IMG/VR virus record: IMGVR_UViG_3300034073_001486
Span: 1 to 59,356 of that record
Source of the DNA: a virus
Lineage: Duplodnaviria > Caudoviricetes
Length of the DNA stretch: 59,356 nucleotides
Reading direction: 5' to 3' (one strand)
Each line of letters starts with the position of its first letter. Within the stretch, counting starts at the first letter, position 1. The notes beneath the pieces are model-generated. The model searched no databases. It was not told the origin of the DNA and was given only the letters and a program-made list of their open reading frames with translations. Shown in pieces: positions 11,146-20,001 of the stretch. The translations under genes were made by a program, and so were the position numbers.

Positions 11146-11641
11146 CTCGCTTCTCCTGGAGCTTGACGCTCAACGCGGCCTCTAAGACCTGTCGACGGAT
11201 CTCCGCCTCCAGCTCTTCGTCGGTCATCAGATCGAACGGTTTCTTCGCCCCGCCCATGGCGGTGTTGTTCTGGACCAGCCGCATCACCGAGTCCAGCATC
11301 TTGGTGCGGAACGCTCCGCCCACGGGCGAGTCGTAGTACTGTTTCATGTAGGCGTTGGCGAACCCACGCACGCCACCGAAGTACTCCATGAGCGTCTCAA
11401 GCAGCTCGGAGGAGTGGGGGATGTTGGCGCCGCCGATGCGGGCCGCCGCGACGAAGAGATCGACGCCGCCCTTCTCAATCTGGTCCAGCTTCTTGTTTCG
11501 CTTGACCTTGCGCCCCTTCCGCTCCTTCTTGTTGCGGCACTTGCGACACCGGGCGTGAAAGCCGTCCTTGCTGCGATGGTAGTAGGTAGCGGTGGCAGGG
11601 TATTCGACCCCACAGTCGATGCACTTCTTAGACTGTTCCAA
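11021..11641 (-). CDS. Probable terminase small subunit with N-terminal Zn finger
   Basis: CxxC...CxxC; MTDEELEAEIRR tail; directly upstream of TerL. Confidence 0.6.
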   Translation of the reverse strand: MEQSKKCIDCGVEYPATATYYHRSKDGFHARCRKCRNKKERKGRKVKRNKKLDQIEKGGVDLFVAAARIGGANIPHSSELLETLMEYFGGVRGFANAYMKQYYDSPVGGAFRTKMLDSVMRLVQNNTAMGGAKKPFDLMTDEELEAEIRRQVLEAALSVKLQEKRDELQRLPVVLDVPSSEDPVPADDGNVSPDTAVGRVADSGGE

Positions 11642-12539
11642 CAGCCCGCACGGTAAACGGCCCCTTGGCCGTTGTGATGCAGTTAGGGGAGTTCAGATCA
11701 ACGAGTTTGACGTTGGGGTCGTAGCCGGCGTCCCAGGAGTCCTTGAGTTTGCTGGCCACGTTCTTGGCTTCGATGAAGACCGGCTTGCCGACACAGAGCG
11801 GCTTCCAGTGCCCAGCCCACGCAGACCAGTTACAGAAGACCGGATTGTATCCCAGCTTCTGCGTGCCAACCAAAGAAAGGTCTCGCGTCTGTGTAACATC
11901 TTCGGTACTGGCTTTCTGGGACTGGTACTTGTCGGGGAACTCATAGTAATACCACGGCTTGTCGGCGGTCGTCTTTGGCTCGGTCAGCTCAAAGCACCGC
12001 ATGTCGTACATAATCAGGCCCGTGGGCAGGGCGGCACATTCTTGGATGCCATCCAGCTTGGCGGCCGTGTGACGGTCGTACATCTCCAACTGGAAGTCGG
12101 GATTGACGTTATCGCTCCGCATGTTCTGCCAGCGGAACACGTACACGCACTCATGCGGCGGCGGGCCACAGTACGGAGCCCCGATGCACACCGGTCCCTT
12201 GGGGTAATGGTCGACGAGGAAGTCGAACGAGGACTGGAAGAACGGCTTGGCCAGCGGGTCCGTGCCGGCATACATGTCCGGCTTCATGTCGGAGTCGATC
12301 ATCACCAAGACATCGACGCCAAACTCTCGGGCCATGAGAACGGCCCGGTTGCGGGTCATGGTGATCGGCGTATCGGCAAGGTTCCAGATGCGGACGTTTT
12401 CGACTCGCTGGTCCTTGGAGATGGCGGCGACGAGGGGGGTCATCCACTCGCGAATGTCCGGGTGTTCCGAAGAAATCCCGCCATTACCGCCATAGCTGAA
12501 CGTACAGAAACCGACGTTGAACTTCTGGATCATAGTCAC
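11628..12539 (-). CDS. GT-A fold glycosyltransferase
   Basis: RNRAV, VLVMIDSDM (DxD), PTGLIM and TEDV motifs. Confidence 0.75.
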   Translation of the reverse strand: MTMIQKFNVGFCTFSYGGNGGISSEHPDIREWMTPLVAAISKDQRVENVRIWNLADTPITMTRNRAVLMAREFGVDVLVMIDSDMKPDMYAGTDPLAKPFFQSSFDFLVDHYPKGPVCIGAPYCGPPPHECVYVFRWQNMRSDNVNPDFQLEMYDRHTAAKLDGIQECAALPTGLIMYDMRCFELTEPKTTADKPWYYYEFPDKYQSQKASTEDVTQTRDLSLVGTQKLGYNPVFCNWSAWAGHWKPLCVGKPVFIEAKNVASKLKDSWDAGYDPNVKLVDLNSPNCITTAKGPFTVRAVGTV

Positions 12540-12555
12540 CTCGGGGGAGAGTGAT

Positions 12556-12584
12556 AGTGTAACAGATTACTGTACGGCTGTCAA
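12556..12584 (-). promoter_or_regulatory. Sigma-70-type promoter TTGACA-N17-TACACT with extended TG
   Basis: Perfect -35, 17-bp spacer, TGnTACACT just upstream of the glycosyltransferase. Confidence 0.75.
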
Positions 12585-13570
12585 CCGAAGAGTCCGGCCA
12601 GCGGGTTCGCCCATCCTCCGCGCACCATGTCGCCCGCTTGGCCCCACATGGCACCGAAGTCTCGGCTCGGCTGGTAGAACTGCGGCGCCTCGCCTCGCCC
12701 GTAGACGCCCGACTGCGCCGACTGGCGACCACGTTCCTCGTTGAGCCTTTGGATGAAAGCATCACGCTGGGCGAAGAACTGCTTCGGATCGTACGAACGA
12801 CCGTCGAAGCCGGTCATGGTCGTCTGAAACTCAGACGGCCGAGGAGTCGGAGGAGGGGCGTCCGGCTGCCTGCGAGTGGTGCGTTCCGCCATGGTCTCAA
12901 AGACCATCGGCTGCATCGGGTTGTATGGGGTGCCTTGGGGCTGTGGCTGGATGGGCTGGGCGGGGGCAGAGGGGCTCTTGTACACCTCTCGCGGGTCCAT
13001 CCCCGCATTCCAGTACACGTCGCCTGGGGCGTCGGCAGGGCGTGGCGGGGGGGGAGACGACGTGGACCCTCCAGTTCGCCAGTCGTAGTATTTGGTGAAC
13101 ACGCCGTCCCATTGCGCAGAAGCAGGGCCTGCGCCGCCCTGCGGTCCTTGGCCGCTGGGCCGGGCAAGACGGTAGCCGTCGTCACTGTACATTCGATATG
13201 GCTTGTCCCCAGAGCCGTTGGCACCACCGGCCGTGGGGGCAGGCGACGGAGGCCGTGGGCCAGTGCTTGGCATCGCCCCTGGGTTGCGGCGCTGCCAGTC
13301 GGCGTATGCCTCCGCCATAGGAGTGCCGCCGGACGGCTGCGGCTTATAGGCGTCCATGTCTGGAGCCTTGGTCGGCGCCGGGCTGCTTGTCGGTCCCTTG
13401 AGCGTCTTGCCCTGGGGCTGCATGACCGGGGCGAGCGTGGCAGGGTTCCGGCCAGCAGGAGTCTGGATGTTCTGCCCACGGTTGCCAAAAAGGCGCGTCT
13501 GGAACTGTCGGTAGGAGTCTCCGGCGGCCTGTCGCTGCTGCTGCGTCATCCCGGGCAGAGTCTGCATCAC
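12581..13570 (-). CDS. Pro/Gln-rich low-complexity protein
   Basis: 329-aa ORF with GGAGG RBS. Confidence 0.65.
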   Translation of the reverse strand: MMQTLPGMTQQQRQAAGDSYRQFQTRLFGNRGQNIQTPAGRNPATLAPVMQPQGKTLKGPTSSPAPTKAPDMDAYKPQPSGGTPMAEAYADWQRRNPGAMPSTGPRPPSPAPTAGGANGSGDKPYRMYSDDGYRLARPSGQGPQGGAGPASAQWDGVFTKYYDWRTGGSTSSPPPPRPADAPGDVYWNAGMDPREVYKSPSAPAQPIQPQPQGTPYNPMQPMVFETMAERTTRRQPDAPPPTPRPSEFQTTMTGFDGRSYDPKQFFAQRDAFIQRLNEERGRQSAQSGVYGRGEAPQFYQPSRDFGAMWGQAGDMVRGGWANPLAGLFG

Positions 13571-13716
13571 CGATCCTCCTGCGTCACTGAGTCGGTCCCT
13601 ACGCCCATGCCGTACAGCATCCGCAGCCGCTCCATGTCCTCAGAGGAAAGCGACTGGCGGGCCTCCGCGATCAGTTGGCGGAGGAAGTCCAGGTTTTGAA
13701 TGGCTGGTGCGTCCAT
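13567..13716 (-). CDS. Small hypothetical protein (MDAPAIQNLDFLRQ...)
   Basis: C-terminal 49 aa of ORF 13567..13956; coupled to the next gene. Confidence 0.55.
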   Translation of the reverse strand: MDAPAIQNLDFLRQLIAEARQSLSSEDMERLRMLYGMGVGTDSVTQEDR

Positions 13717-13722
13717 ATGTGA

Positions 13723-13757
13723 GAAACGCCGCCGGCAGTGTGACCTACCGGCGGCGC
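13723..13757 (-). terminator. Probable intrinsic terminator after the capsid genes
   Basis: CGCCGCCGGT...GCCGGCGGCG stem followed by TTTCT. Confidence 0.55.
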
Positions 13758-13781
13758 CCCCGATTGCCCGCGAAGGGCGTA

Positions 13782-14372
13782 TTAGTACTTGGTGTCGACG
13801 ACGGCAAGGACAGCGGTGCCAGTGGTGGCACCGACGCTGCACGCACGGCCGATCACGCCAAGCTCGGCGTTCCCGACGTTCGACGTGGCAGCACTGACCG
13901 TGCTGGGACCGACGCGGCCCGCTGTGGTGGCTCCAGCCGACGCGGCAGTCACGCACGCGAGCCGGTCACCCACCGCAACGTCCGTGCCGGACAGGGCGAC
14001 CGCAACTTCGGTCGGGCCCTGCACCGTCACCCAAAACACATCGTTGGCAGCCACGCCGCCAGCCGGAAGATGCTCGTCGACCACGCCAACGAACTCCTCG
14101 TTGGTCACGGCCGCGTAGCCCTTCACTTCCTCAAACACGGCCGGTCCCGACGTGGTGGTGTCGAACTTGACAACCCGCTTCGGAAGCAGCGCCGCACCCG
14201 AGGTGTTGCGAACCGCCACGCACGTCTTCAGACGATTGCTGCGAATCACGCCCGTGGTGGGGTCAACGTCCGGGAAGTGCTTGATAACACCCACCCAGTT
14301 GCCGCCGTCAGTGGCCGAGGACACACCGAGCGTCTGGCCAAGAGCGAACGGCGGATCAGAAAGCAGACTCAT
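13782..14372 (-). CDS. Capsid decoration/cement protein
   Basis: Follows the MCP; beta-rich, GVVDE...FWVTVQGP pattern. Confidence 0.65.
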   Translation of the reverse strand: MSLLSDPPFALGQTLGVSSATDGGNWVGVIKHFPDVDPTTGVIRSNRLKTCVAVRNTSGAALLPKRVVKFDTTTSGPAVFEEVKGYAAVTNEEFVGVVDEHLPAGGVAANDVFWVTVQGPTEVAVALSGTDVAVGDRLACVTAASAGATTAGRVGPSTVSAATSNVGNAELGVIGRACSVGATTGTAVLAVVDTKY

Positions 14373-14393
14373 GTCAATTTACCTCTCTTGTTA

Positions 14394-15503
14394 TTAGGCC
14401 AGGGCCGCAAGTTTGAAGAAGTTGCGCGGCGTCTTGAACTTCAAGTTGCCGAGCGTGCTTACTACATACCGAAATTGCTGCGTTTGTTCGTCGTAAAAGG
14501 GCCCCTCACTGACCATCAACTGGTTCTCCATGCAGAGGAGCTCCATGTTGCCGATGGCCAGACCGTAGCCGGTGTTGGCGGGCACCGAGTTCTCGCCCGA
14601 GATTTCAACACCGTCCAGCTCAAACACGTCGGTGAAGCCGTAGCTCCGCAGACCGTTCGTCCGGCTGACGATCACCCGCTCCTTGGCGTCCAGCGTGTTC
14701 AAGAAATCGATGAACAGCCGGCGATCTAGGAGGACCATGTCGATCTGGTCCTCGGCCGAGTCGTTGCGACGAGTCTGGTGAATCGCTTCACGCACAGCCT
14801 TCACGCAGTTGGCGGCCCAAGTGCTGCCACCGAAGTACGTGCTGGTGTGGTTAACGATCACGGGAGAGTAAAAGTCAAATTCACTGTCAGCTTCGCCATT
14901 CGGCCACACGCCCGACTTTTGCGAGCCGCCGTAGGCACCCAGCACAGTCGACAGACCGGCGTAGGTGTCGGACGGATACGCAAACGGGTCAGCCGCGTTG
15001 GCCGTCCGCTGGGCGCCGGTCGACACATTGACCGTGCCGTTGGTGCCCATGAACGACTCAATGCCATGGAACCGCAGCTCGTTGCCAGCAGCGTAACCAT
15101 CGATGGTCCACTCCTTGGCGAGGTACTGCTCCATGCTCGTCAGGAGACGCTGGCTCATCTTGCCGGCGACGTTGACAAGCGCCTGAGCCGAGCGGTTCTC
15201 AAGCATTTCCTTCTTGTAAATGGCGTCTGTAACTTGGGCGCCCCGGTACTCAAGCTCCGCATTCTTCCAGAGATTCTGGCGTGCGAAGGAGCGAGGAGTC
15301 TCGCCGTTGTTACCAGACGGCGTGTGATTTCGGTACTGGATTTCCCAGTCGAAACCCCGGCCGCTCATGTTAGTGCGGATGTTACCGGAACCTTCCAGCG
15401 CCGCAAACACCTTGTACTTGCGAAGGCTCGCCACCTCCTCCTCACGGAGATGGTTGACGATGGTCGTCGCAATGGAACGTGCCCAATCAGTCGAACTTGC
15501 CAT
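14394..15503 (-). CDS. Major capsid protein (HK97 fold)
   Basis: 369 aa; follows scaffold; C-terminal GNLKFKTPRNFFKL typical of MCPs. Confidence 0.85.
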   Translation of the reverse strand: MASSTDWARSIATTIVNHLREEEVASLRKYKVFAALEGSGNIRTNMSGRGFDWEIQYRNHTPSGNNGETPRSFARQNLWKNAELEYRGAQVTDAIYKKEMLENRSAQALVNVAGKMSQRLLTSMEQYLAKEWTIDGYAAGNELRFHGIESFMGTNGTVNVSTGAQRTANAADPFAYPSDTYAGLSTVLGAYGGSQKSGVWPNGEADSEFDFYSPVIVNHTSTYFGGSTWAANCVKAVREAIHQTRRNDSAEDQIDMVLLDRRLFIDFLNTLDAKERVIVSRTNGLRSYGFTDVFELDGVEISGENSVPANTGYGLAIGNMELLCMENQLMVSEGPFYDEQTQQFRYVVSTLGNLKFKTPRNFFKLAALA

Positions 15504-16534
15504 CAGATCACTCCATCAGTTACGAGTTGGCTTTTCAGCCTCTCTTCAAAGCTCATCCTCTGGCGCGGTGCCCGAGGCTCTGTAGTTCCAGCACTCCGGT
15601 TTGGAGTGCGTGTTGCACGCTCCCGAAGGAACTGCATGTTCGATTGCGCCACCGGATCAGCCGGTGGGGCGGGTGGCGGAGGAGCCGCTGGCGGGGCGGC
15701 AGGCGGCACGGCGGGAGCCTGCTGCATCTGCTGGTACCGCAGGTTGAGCAGGTCACGCTGGAGCATGCCAGTGGCAAACTGCCAGCGGGCCTTCGGGTCT
15801 TGGATGCCAATCTCGGCGGCCTGGGCGATGTAGCCCTGGATGGCCCGACCCTCGGGCGTGACCTGCCCCTGCTGGTCGTACAGCCAATCGGAGTTCTGAC
15901 GCTCCAGATCCTGCACGTAGTTCTGCGCGGTGTACTGGCCGAGCTGCTGCTGAACAAGCTCCTGCGCCTTCTGCATGGCGACCTGTTCAACGAACGGCTT
16001 CAGAGTATTTTCCGGATCAGTGACAAGCTTACGGGCGAAGTTGGCCGTGTAGGCTTGGTACTCGCGGAGCCGCTGGGCGGCGTCGAACGGAGCGTCCGGA
16101 GAAATAATTTCCTTGCCAGTCTGCGGATCACGGACGATGAAGTTCTTCCAGTCGTCTTTGATCTCCGGAGGAGCCCACCACTTCGGGGCCTCCGGCTGCT
16201 TGGGCTTGCTTGCTTCGGCCTGCGCCCGCTGCCACTCCGAGAACGCCTTCTGGTTCTTCAGATACTCTTGGGCGTAGGGAACGATTTGCTGGTACTGCTG
16301 GAGCTGCCGCTGGCTTTCGATGTAGCCCTGCTTGGCGCGGTACAGATCCTGAGCGATGGACAGGTCGTCGGCCTGTGAGTACTCGGGGAGCGCTTTGAAG
16401 GCCGCCCACGGAGTTGCAAAACCACTGCCCGAAGATGCTTCCGGCTGTGATTCCGTAACAGGCGCGTCGGCAACCGGAGCCTCGGGGGCGTCAACCGGCG
16501 CGGAATTCTGGAGGTCTTCTTCTGCCATGTTCAC
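15503..16534 (-). CDS. Capsid scaffolding protein
   Basis: Acidic N-terminus, Gln-rich coiled coil; directly upstream of the MCP. Confidence 0.7.
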   Translation of the reverse strand: MNMAEEDLQNSAPVDAPEAPVADAPVTESQPEASSGSGFATPWAAFKALPEYSQADDLSIAQDLYRAKQGYIESQRQLQQYQQIVPYAQEYLKNQKAFSEWQRAQAEASKPKQPEAPKWWAPPEIKDDWKNFIVRDPQTGKEIISPDAPFDAAQRLREYQAYTANFARKLVTDPENTLKPFVEQVAMQKAQELVQQQLGQYTAQNYVQDLERQNSDWLYDQQGQVTPEGRAIQGYIAQAAEIGIQDPKARWQFATGMLQRDLLNLRYQQMQQAPAVPPAAPPAAPPPPAPPADPVAQSNMQFLRERATRTPNRSAGTTEPRAPRQRMSFEERLKSQLVTDGVI

Positions 16535-16613
16535 CTAGCTCCTTCGCGGGTAAGGGGGGTCTAGGGAACTAATGCACGGCTAAGTGCAGGTTTGTTACCG
16601 ATTTACGGCGGCG

Positions 16614-17465
16614 CTACTGCTGCTCCTGCATCGCACCAGCAGCCATCGGGGCAAGAAGCCCATACTTTCGCAGGATGCGGATGGAGTCTTCGGTGCCGGG
16701 GTACATCACGTACACCCCAGTGCCCACGTCCATCCCCGGCACGCCGGCGTCGAAAAGTTCCCTCGCCGCTCGGTCGCCGCCAACGGCATCGAACATCTTG
16801 TGGTCAACGCCTAGCCCAGCATCTTTGGCAAAGGCGTTACGCAGGAGCCCGTACACCTCCTTGCCCTTCATCATGTCCGGATACTCGTCGGCAAGCGCCA
16901 GTAGCTCCATTCGCTCGTCTCGGTCCTTCACGCGGCCAAACACGCCCCGCAGGCGTTCCAGCACATCTGGGCTCACCGGCTCGTCGTAACGCAGGAGTGC
17001 CTCTCGCGGATATTCGATATCCACTTCGTACGTGCGGCCCACCTTGTGCGGCAACTTGCCGTACAGCGACAGCGTCTCCTTGTCCAGCCGATCCAACACT
17101 GCGAACGTCTCGTCGTCGGCTGGGCCTCGCAGACCCAGCACGCTATCGGGGCCGGGGTCGACGCTGCGCTCGTCGAACAATTTGTTGTATTGCCGCCGAA
17201 GCTCTTTGATTTTGTCAATGACGGCCTGGGTTTCCGGATCGCGATAGACGCCGGGGCGAAGGTCTTCTCCAGATGGCAGAAACTGCTTCGTCTTTGGCTC
17301 GGCATCGGCAAAGTACCCGCCGCGACCATACATCTGCTCCCCAGCGCCCTTGCCCATGTGTGTCGAAAAGTCAAACCTGTCAAAGTCGTACGGGCTGGCG
17401 TGGTACGCACGGATGGTCTGCCGTACGGCGTCTCCGAGTTCATCGGCGTACTGACTAACGGGCAT
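16614..17465 (-). CDS. ADP-ribosyltransferase-like protein (polyvalent-protein ART type)
   Basis: AYHASPYDFDRFD...GKGAGEQMYGRGGYFAD and YEVDI motifs. Confidence 0.6.
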   Translation of the reverse strand: MPVSQYADELGDAVRQTIRAYHASPYDFDRFDFSTHMGKGAGEQMYGRGGYFADAEPKTKQFLPSGEDLRPGVYRDPETQAVIDKIKELRRQYNKLFDERSVDPGPDSVLGLRGPADDETFAVLDRLDKETLSLYGKLPHKVGRTYEVDIEYPREALLRYDEPVSPDVLERLRGVFGRVKDRDERMELLALADEYPDMMKGKEVYGLLRNAFAKDAGLGVDHKMFDAVGGDRAARELFDAGVPGMDVGTGVYVMYPGTEDSIRILRKYGLLAPMAAGAMQEQQ

Positions 17466-18180
17466 AGCTCGGCTCCGGACTGTTGCGAAGACGCCGGATC
17501 GTTTCTCCGGCTTCGTCGACTAGATACGTTGGGGCGCCTCGGCCGTAGGCGGCAGCATCTCCAGTACGGCCCAAGAGGCGCAGCACATCGTCGGCCCGAT
17601 TGGCCACTGCTCCCGCCATCTTCAGCGGCATGACGGGGGCTACGTATCCCAGCGGCCCAGCGATAGGGGCGGTGATCCAGGTCTCGGGATCAGTAAGCAG
17701 ATCGAACGCCATGATGCTGGTTGGCGACACGCCGTTCTTCGCAGCCCGAGGACGCCAGTCATCTGGAGAGCCGGGTGTGCCGGCGGCTGCCATCGGAGCC
17801 AATCCGGCGACGGGAGTCCGCATGGCAAGGCCAAGAGCGTTGCCGTAGTTGCCGGAGTTGGCCTCTTGGACCGCACGCAGGCCGGTGTCACGCATCCGCG
17901 AGCCAAACGCCAATGCGTAGTTGACGGCCGCTTCCTCGGCATCAAACGCTTCAGACGAACGACGGGGCGACAGCTCGTCCATCACCATCTCCATCCGCAG
18001 GGCCCGAGGGTCAACAGTAACCCCGCGCTCCTTGTCCCAGATGGGCTCGTCATGCATGGAGCGGAAGGCTTGGTAGAAGGGCGACGAGGTCTTCTCGTTC
18101 CACTTGGCCCGCTGGTATTCCAAGTCCTCCAGCCGCCTGTCCGGCGAGCCCCACATCCAGTCAGACCATGTGTCAGCCAT
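17455..18180 (-). CDS. Hypothetical protein, possibly internal virion protein
   Basis: 241-aa ORF; DLLTDPETW motif resembles EVLLDPTTY in the 1236-aa protein. Confidence 0.65.
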   Translation of the reverse strand: MADTWSDWMWGSPDRRLEDLEYQRAKWNEKTSSPFYQAFRSMHDEPIWDKERGVTVDPRALRMEMVMDELSPRRSSEAFDAEEAAVNYALAFGSRMRDTGLRAVQEANSGNYGNALGLAMRTPVAGLAPMAAAGTPGSPDDWRPRAAKNGVSPTSIMAFDLLTDPETWITAPIAGPLGYVAPVMPLKMAGAVANRADDVLRLLGRTGDAAAYGRGAPTYLVDEAGETIRRLRNSPEPSYAR

Positions 18181-18455
18181 CAGCAGTTCCACGCTCGCAG
18201 GGACTTGTTGATCCGTGAGTCGGGGTCGTTGGCCGTCTCCTTGCTGGTCAGCTTTTCCTTCATGCCCTTCATCCTGGCACAGAAGGAATCACGCCTCGGG
18301 CCGCCCTCCGGCTGCGGGGCCTTGAGGTTCGCCCCATGCTCGCGGTTGTAAGCGGCGCGTCCCTTGGCGTTCAGCCCGCCATCGGGATCTTGGCCTTCCT
18401 TGCGGGTCCACAGCCCAGCCCGCAGCTTGCGGATCTTGTCACCGTCCCTGTCCAT
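18180..18455 (-). CDS. DUF6321-like small basic phage protein
   Basis: RKEGQDPDGGLNAKGRA...RRDSFCARMKGM...DPDSRINKSLRAWNC. Confidence 0.75.
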   Translation of the reverse strand: MDRDGDKIRKLRAGLWTRKEGQDPDGGLNAKGRAAYNREHGANLKAPQPEGGPRRDSFCARMKGMKEKLTSKETANDPDSRINKSLRAWNC

Positions 18456-18709
18456 CAGCCAGCCCTCTCCACGCCCATTGGGGTTACTGCAAAACTCTTG
18501 GAAGGCCCGCCGGGGCCGCTTGGGTACACAGTCACGTTGGTAATTCCCTGCTGCCACAAAGGGGCGCCGATCTCGGCCGCCTTAGCCAGCTTCTTGGCCT
18601 CTTCCCCCCGCACCATAAAGTCCCTCACGCGGCCCTGTTTATTGACGACGACGTGGACCGACAGGCCGCCAGATCGCAGCTTGCGGATCTTGTCGCCATC
18701 AGAGTCCAT
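18455..18709 (-). CDS. Small hypothetical protein sharing its N-terminus with the downstream gene
   Basis: MDSDGDKIRKLR; TGATG coupling. Confidence 0.65.
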   Translation of the reverse strand: MDSDGDKIRKLRSGGLSVHVVVNKQGRVRDFMVRGEEAKKLAKAAEIGAPLWQQGITNVTVYPSGPGGPSKSFAVTPMGVERAG

Positions 18710-18712
18710 CAC

Positions 18713-18793
18713 TCACCCTTCCGTCACAAAGAGATCGAAGTCTTCTACGGGCTCTGTGTCGTCGATGTCGTATACCCACGGCCAGAGGTACAT
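18713..18793 (-). CDS. 26-aa acidic peptide MYLWPWVYDIDDTEPVEDFDLFVTEG
   Basis: TGATG coupling to the upstream gene; fills the gap exactly. Confidence 0.4.
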   Translation of the reverse strand: MYLWPWVYDIDDTEPVEDFDLFVTEG

Positions 18794-19098
18794 CAGTACT
18801 GCCCAGGGAGAGACGCGGGGCGTTGAGACCTCTGGACCTCCGGGCTGATGAAGTAACTCGGGTGCCGTTTGATGAGTTCTCGGATCTGCTCCTCGGTTGT
18901 GCCCGCTGGGAAATACAGACCGTCAAACCCTCCGCCCAACTGCGGGTTGCCGCGATAATACTTCTCGGGGTGATACGTGCGAGGGCTCGCCAGCCGCTGC
19001 TCCTCGGCCTGACGCGCTACGGCGTCGGCCTCACTAGCAAAAGGGTTGCCCGGCCAAATGGCCGGCTCGTCAAATCGCCCGGGGTAGTAATTCGGCAT
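18793..19098 (-). CDS. Hypothetical protein
   Basis: GGAG RBS before MPNYYPGRF. Confidence 0.6.
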   Translation of the reverse strand: MPNYYPGRFDEPAIWPGNPFASEADAVARQAEEQRLASPRTYHPEKYYRGNPQLGGGFDGLYFPAGTTEEQIRELIKRHPSYFISPEVQRSQRPASLPGQY

Positions 19099-19111
19099 TT
19101 TCTTCTCCGTG

Positions 19112-19558
19112 TTAGACCGGCTCGTAGGTTTCGTAGAACCCACCGCCTCGGCCGTCGTTTCTCTTTACCTTCTTGAGCAGTCCGCGGGACACGGCCATGT
19201 CCTGTTGCATCTGGCGGTTCTTGGCCTCCTCCTCCTGCTCCATAGCGAGCTTCCTGAGCAGGTAGTCGTACTTCATCTGTTCCGACTGCTGGTCGGCGGC
19301 GAGTCGCCGCATCTCACGCATCTGAGCGACCCGCGAGTCGTTCTCTCGGCGGTGAGCGGCCATGGTGGCGTCGGCAAAACCCTGACCGTCGTTGCCGAGC
19401 ATCGGCGGGAACATGAATCCTCCTTGCTGGACGGGGCTGCGGATGCGTTGGGCCTGGGCCAGGGCCTCGTTCTTCTGCTCGGGCGTCTCGGGCTTCTTCT
19501 TGGGCCGCGTGCGACCAAATCCCTCACCCTCGTCGTCCGGATCTAAGAACAAAGCCAT
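19112..19558 (-). CDS. Hypothetical coiled-coil protein
   Basis: 148-aa ORF with GGGAG RBS. Confidence 0.65.
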   Translation of the reverse strand: MALFLDPDDEGEGFGRTRPKKKPETPEQKNEALAQAQRIRSPVQQGGFMFPPMLGNDGQGFADATMAAHRRENDSRVAQMREMRRLAADQQSEQMKYDYLLRKLAMEQEEEAKNRQMQQDMAVSRGLLKKVKRNDGRGGGFYETYEPV

Positions 19559-19569
19559 CGCAAGTCTCC

Positions 19570-20001
19570 CTACTTGCTATTGGCCTTTTTCTGCCAACGA
19601 CGGACAGCCATCTTCACCAGCTTCCGGCCAATGACCCTCAGAAACGGCAGCGAGCGGCCTTTCGCCGTCTCCTCCATGACATCGACGATCTCCTCAATGT
19701 GATCCAACGATGCCTCACCCCACTCGTTCATCTGGGCCGCCATCTTGTTACATTTGCACGTTGGCGAGGCATGGATGCCTACCGTGGCCAAGAGGGCCTT
19801 TAGCTCGGAGCCGGGGCCGGGCTTGTCGATGGCCTGTTGCGTTACGAACCCAGGCTTGGCAACCCGGGGATAGTCCGGATGGTCGACATCAATCGTCCAC
19901 TGGTCACCGTCTTGGGAAACGACACAGCCCATCACCTCTTCCAGCGTGTAGCCACGCTCACGGCACCGGGCCTCTAGGTACTTCTTGTCGCAGGTTGTCA
20001 T
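19570..20001 (-). CDS. Hypothetical protein (GPGSELK...CKC...MNEWG)
   Basis: ATGA coupling with the Cys-rich gene; 143 aa. Confidence 0.65.
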   Translation of the reverse strand: MTTCDKKYLEARCRERGYTLEEVMGCVVSQDGDQWTIDVDHPDYPRVAKPGFVTQQAIDKPGPGSELKALLATVGIHASPTCKCNKMAAQMNEWGEASLDHIEEIVDVMEETAKGRSLPFLRVIGRKLVKMAVRRWQKKANSK

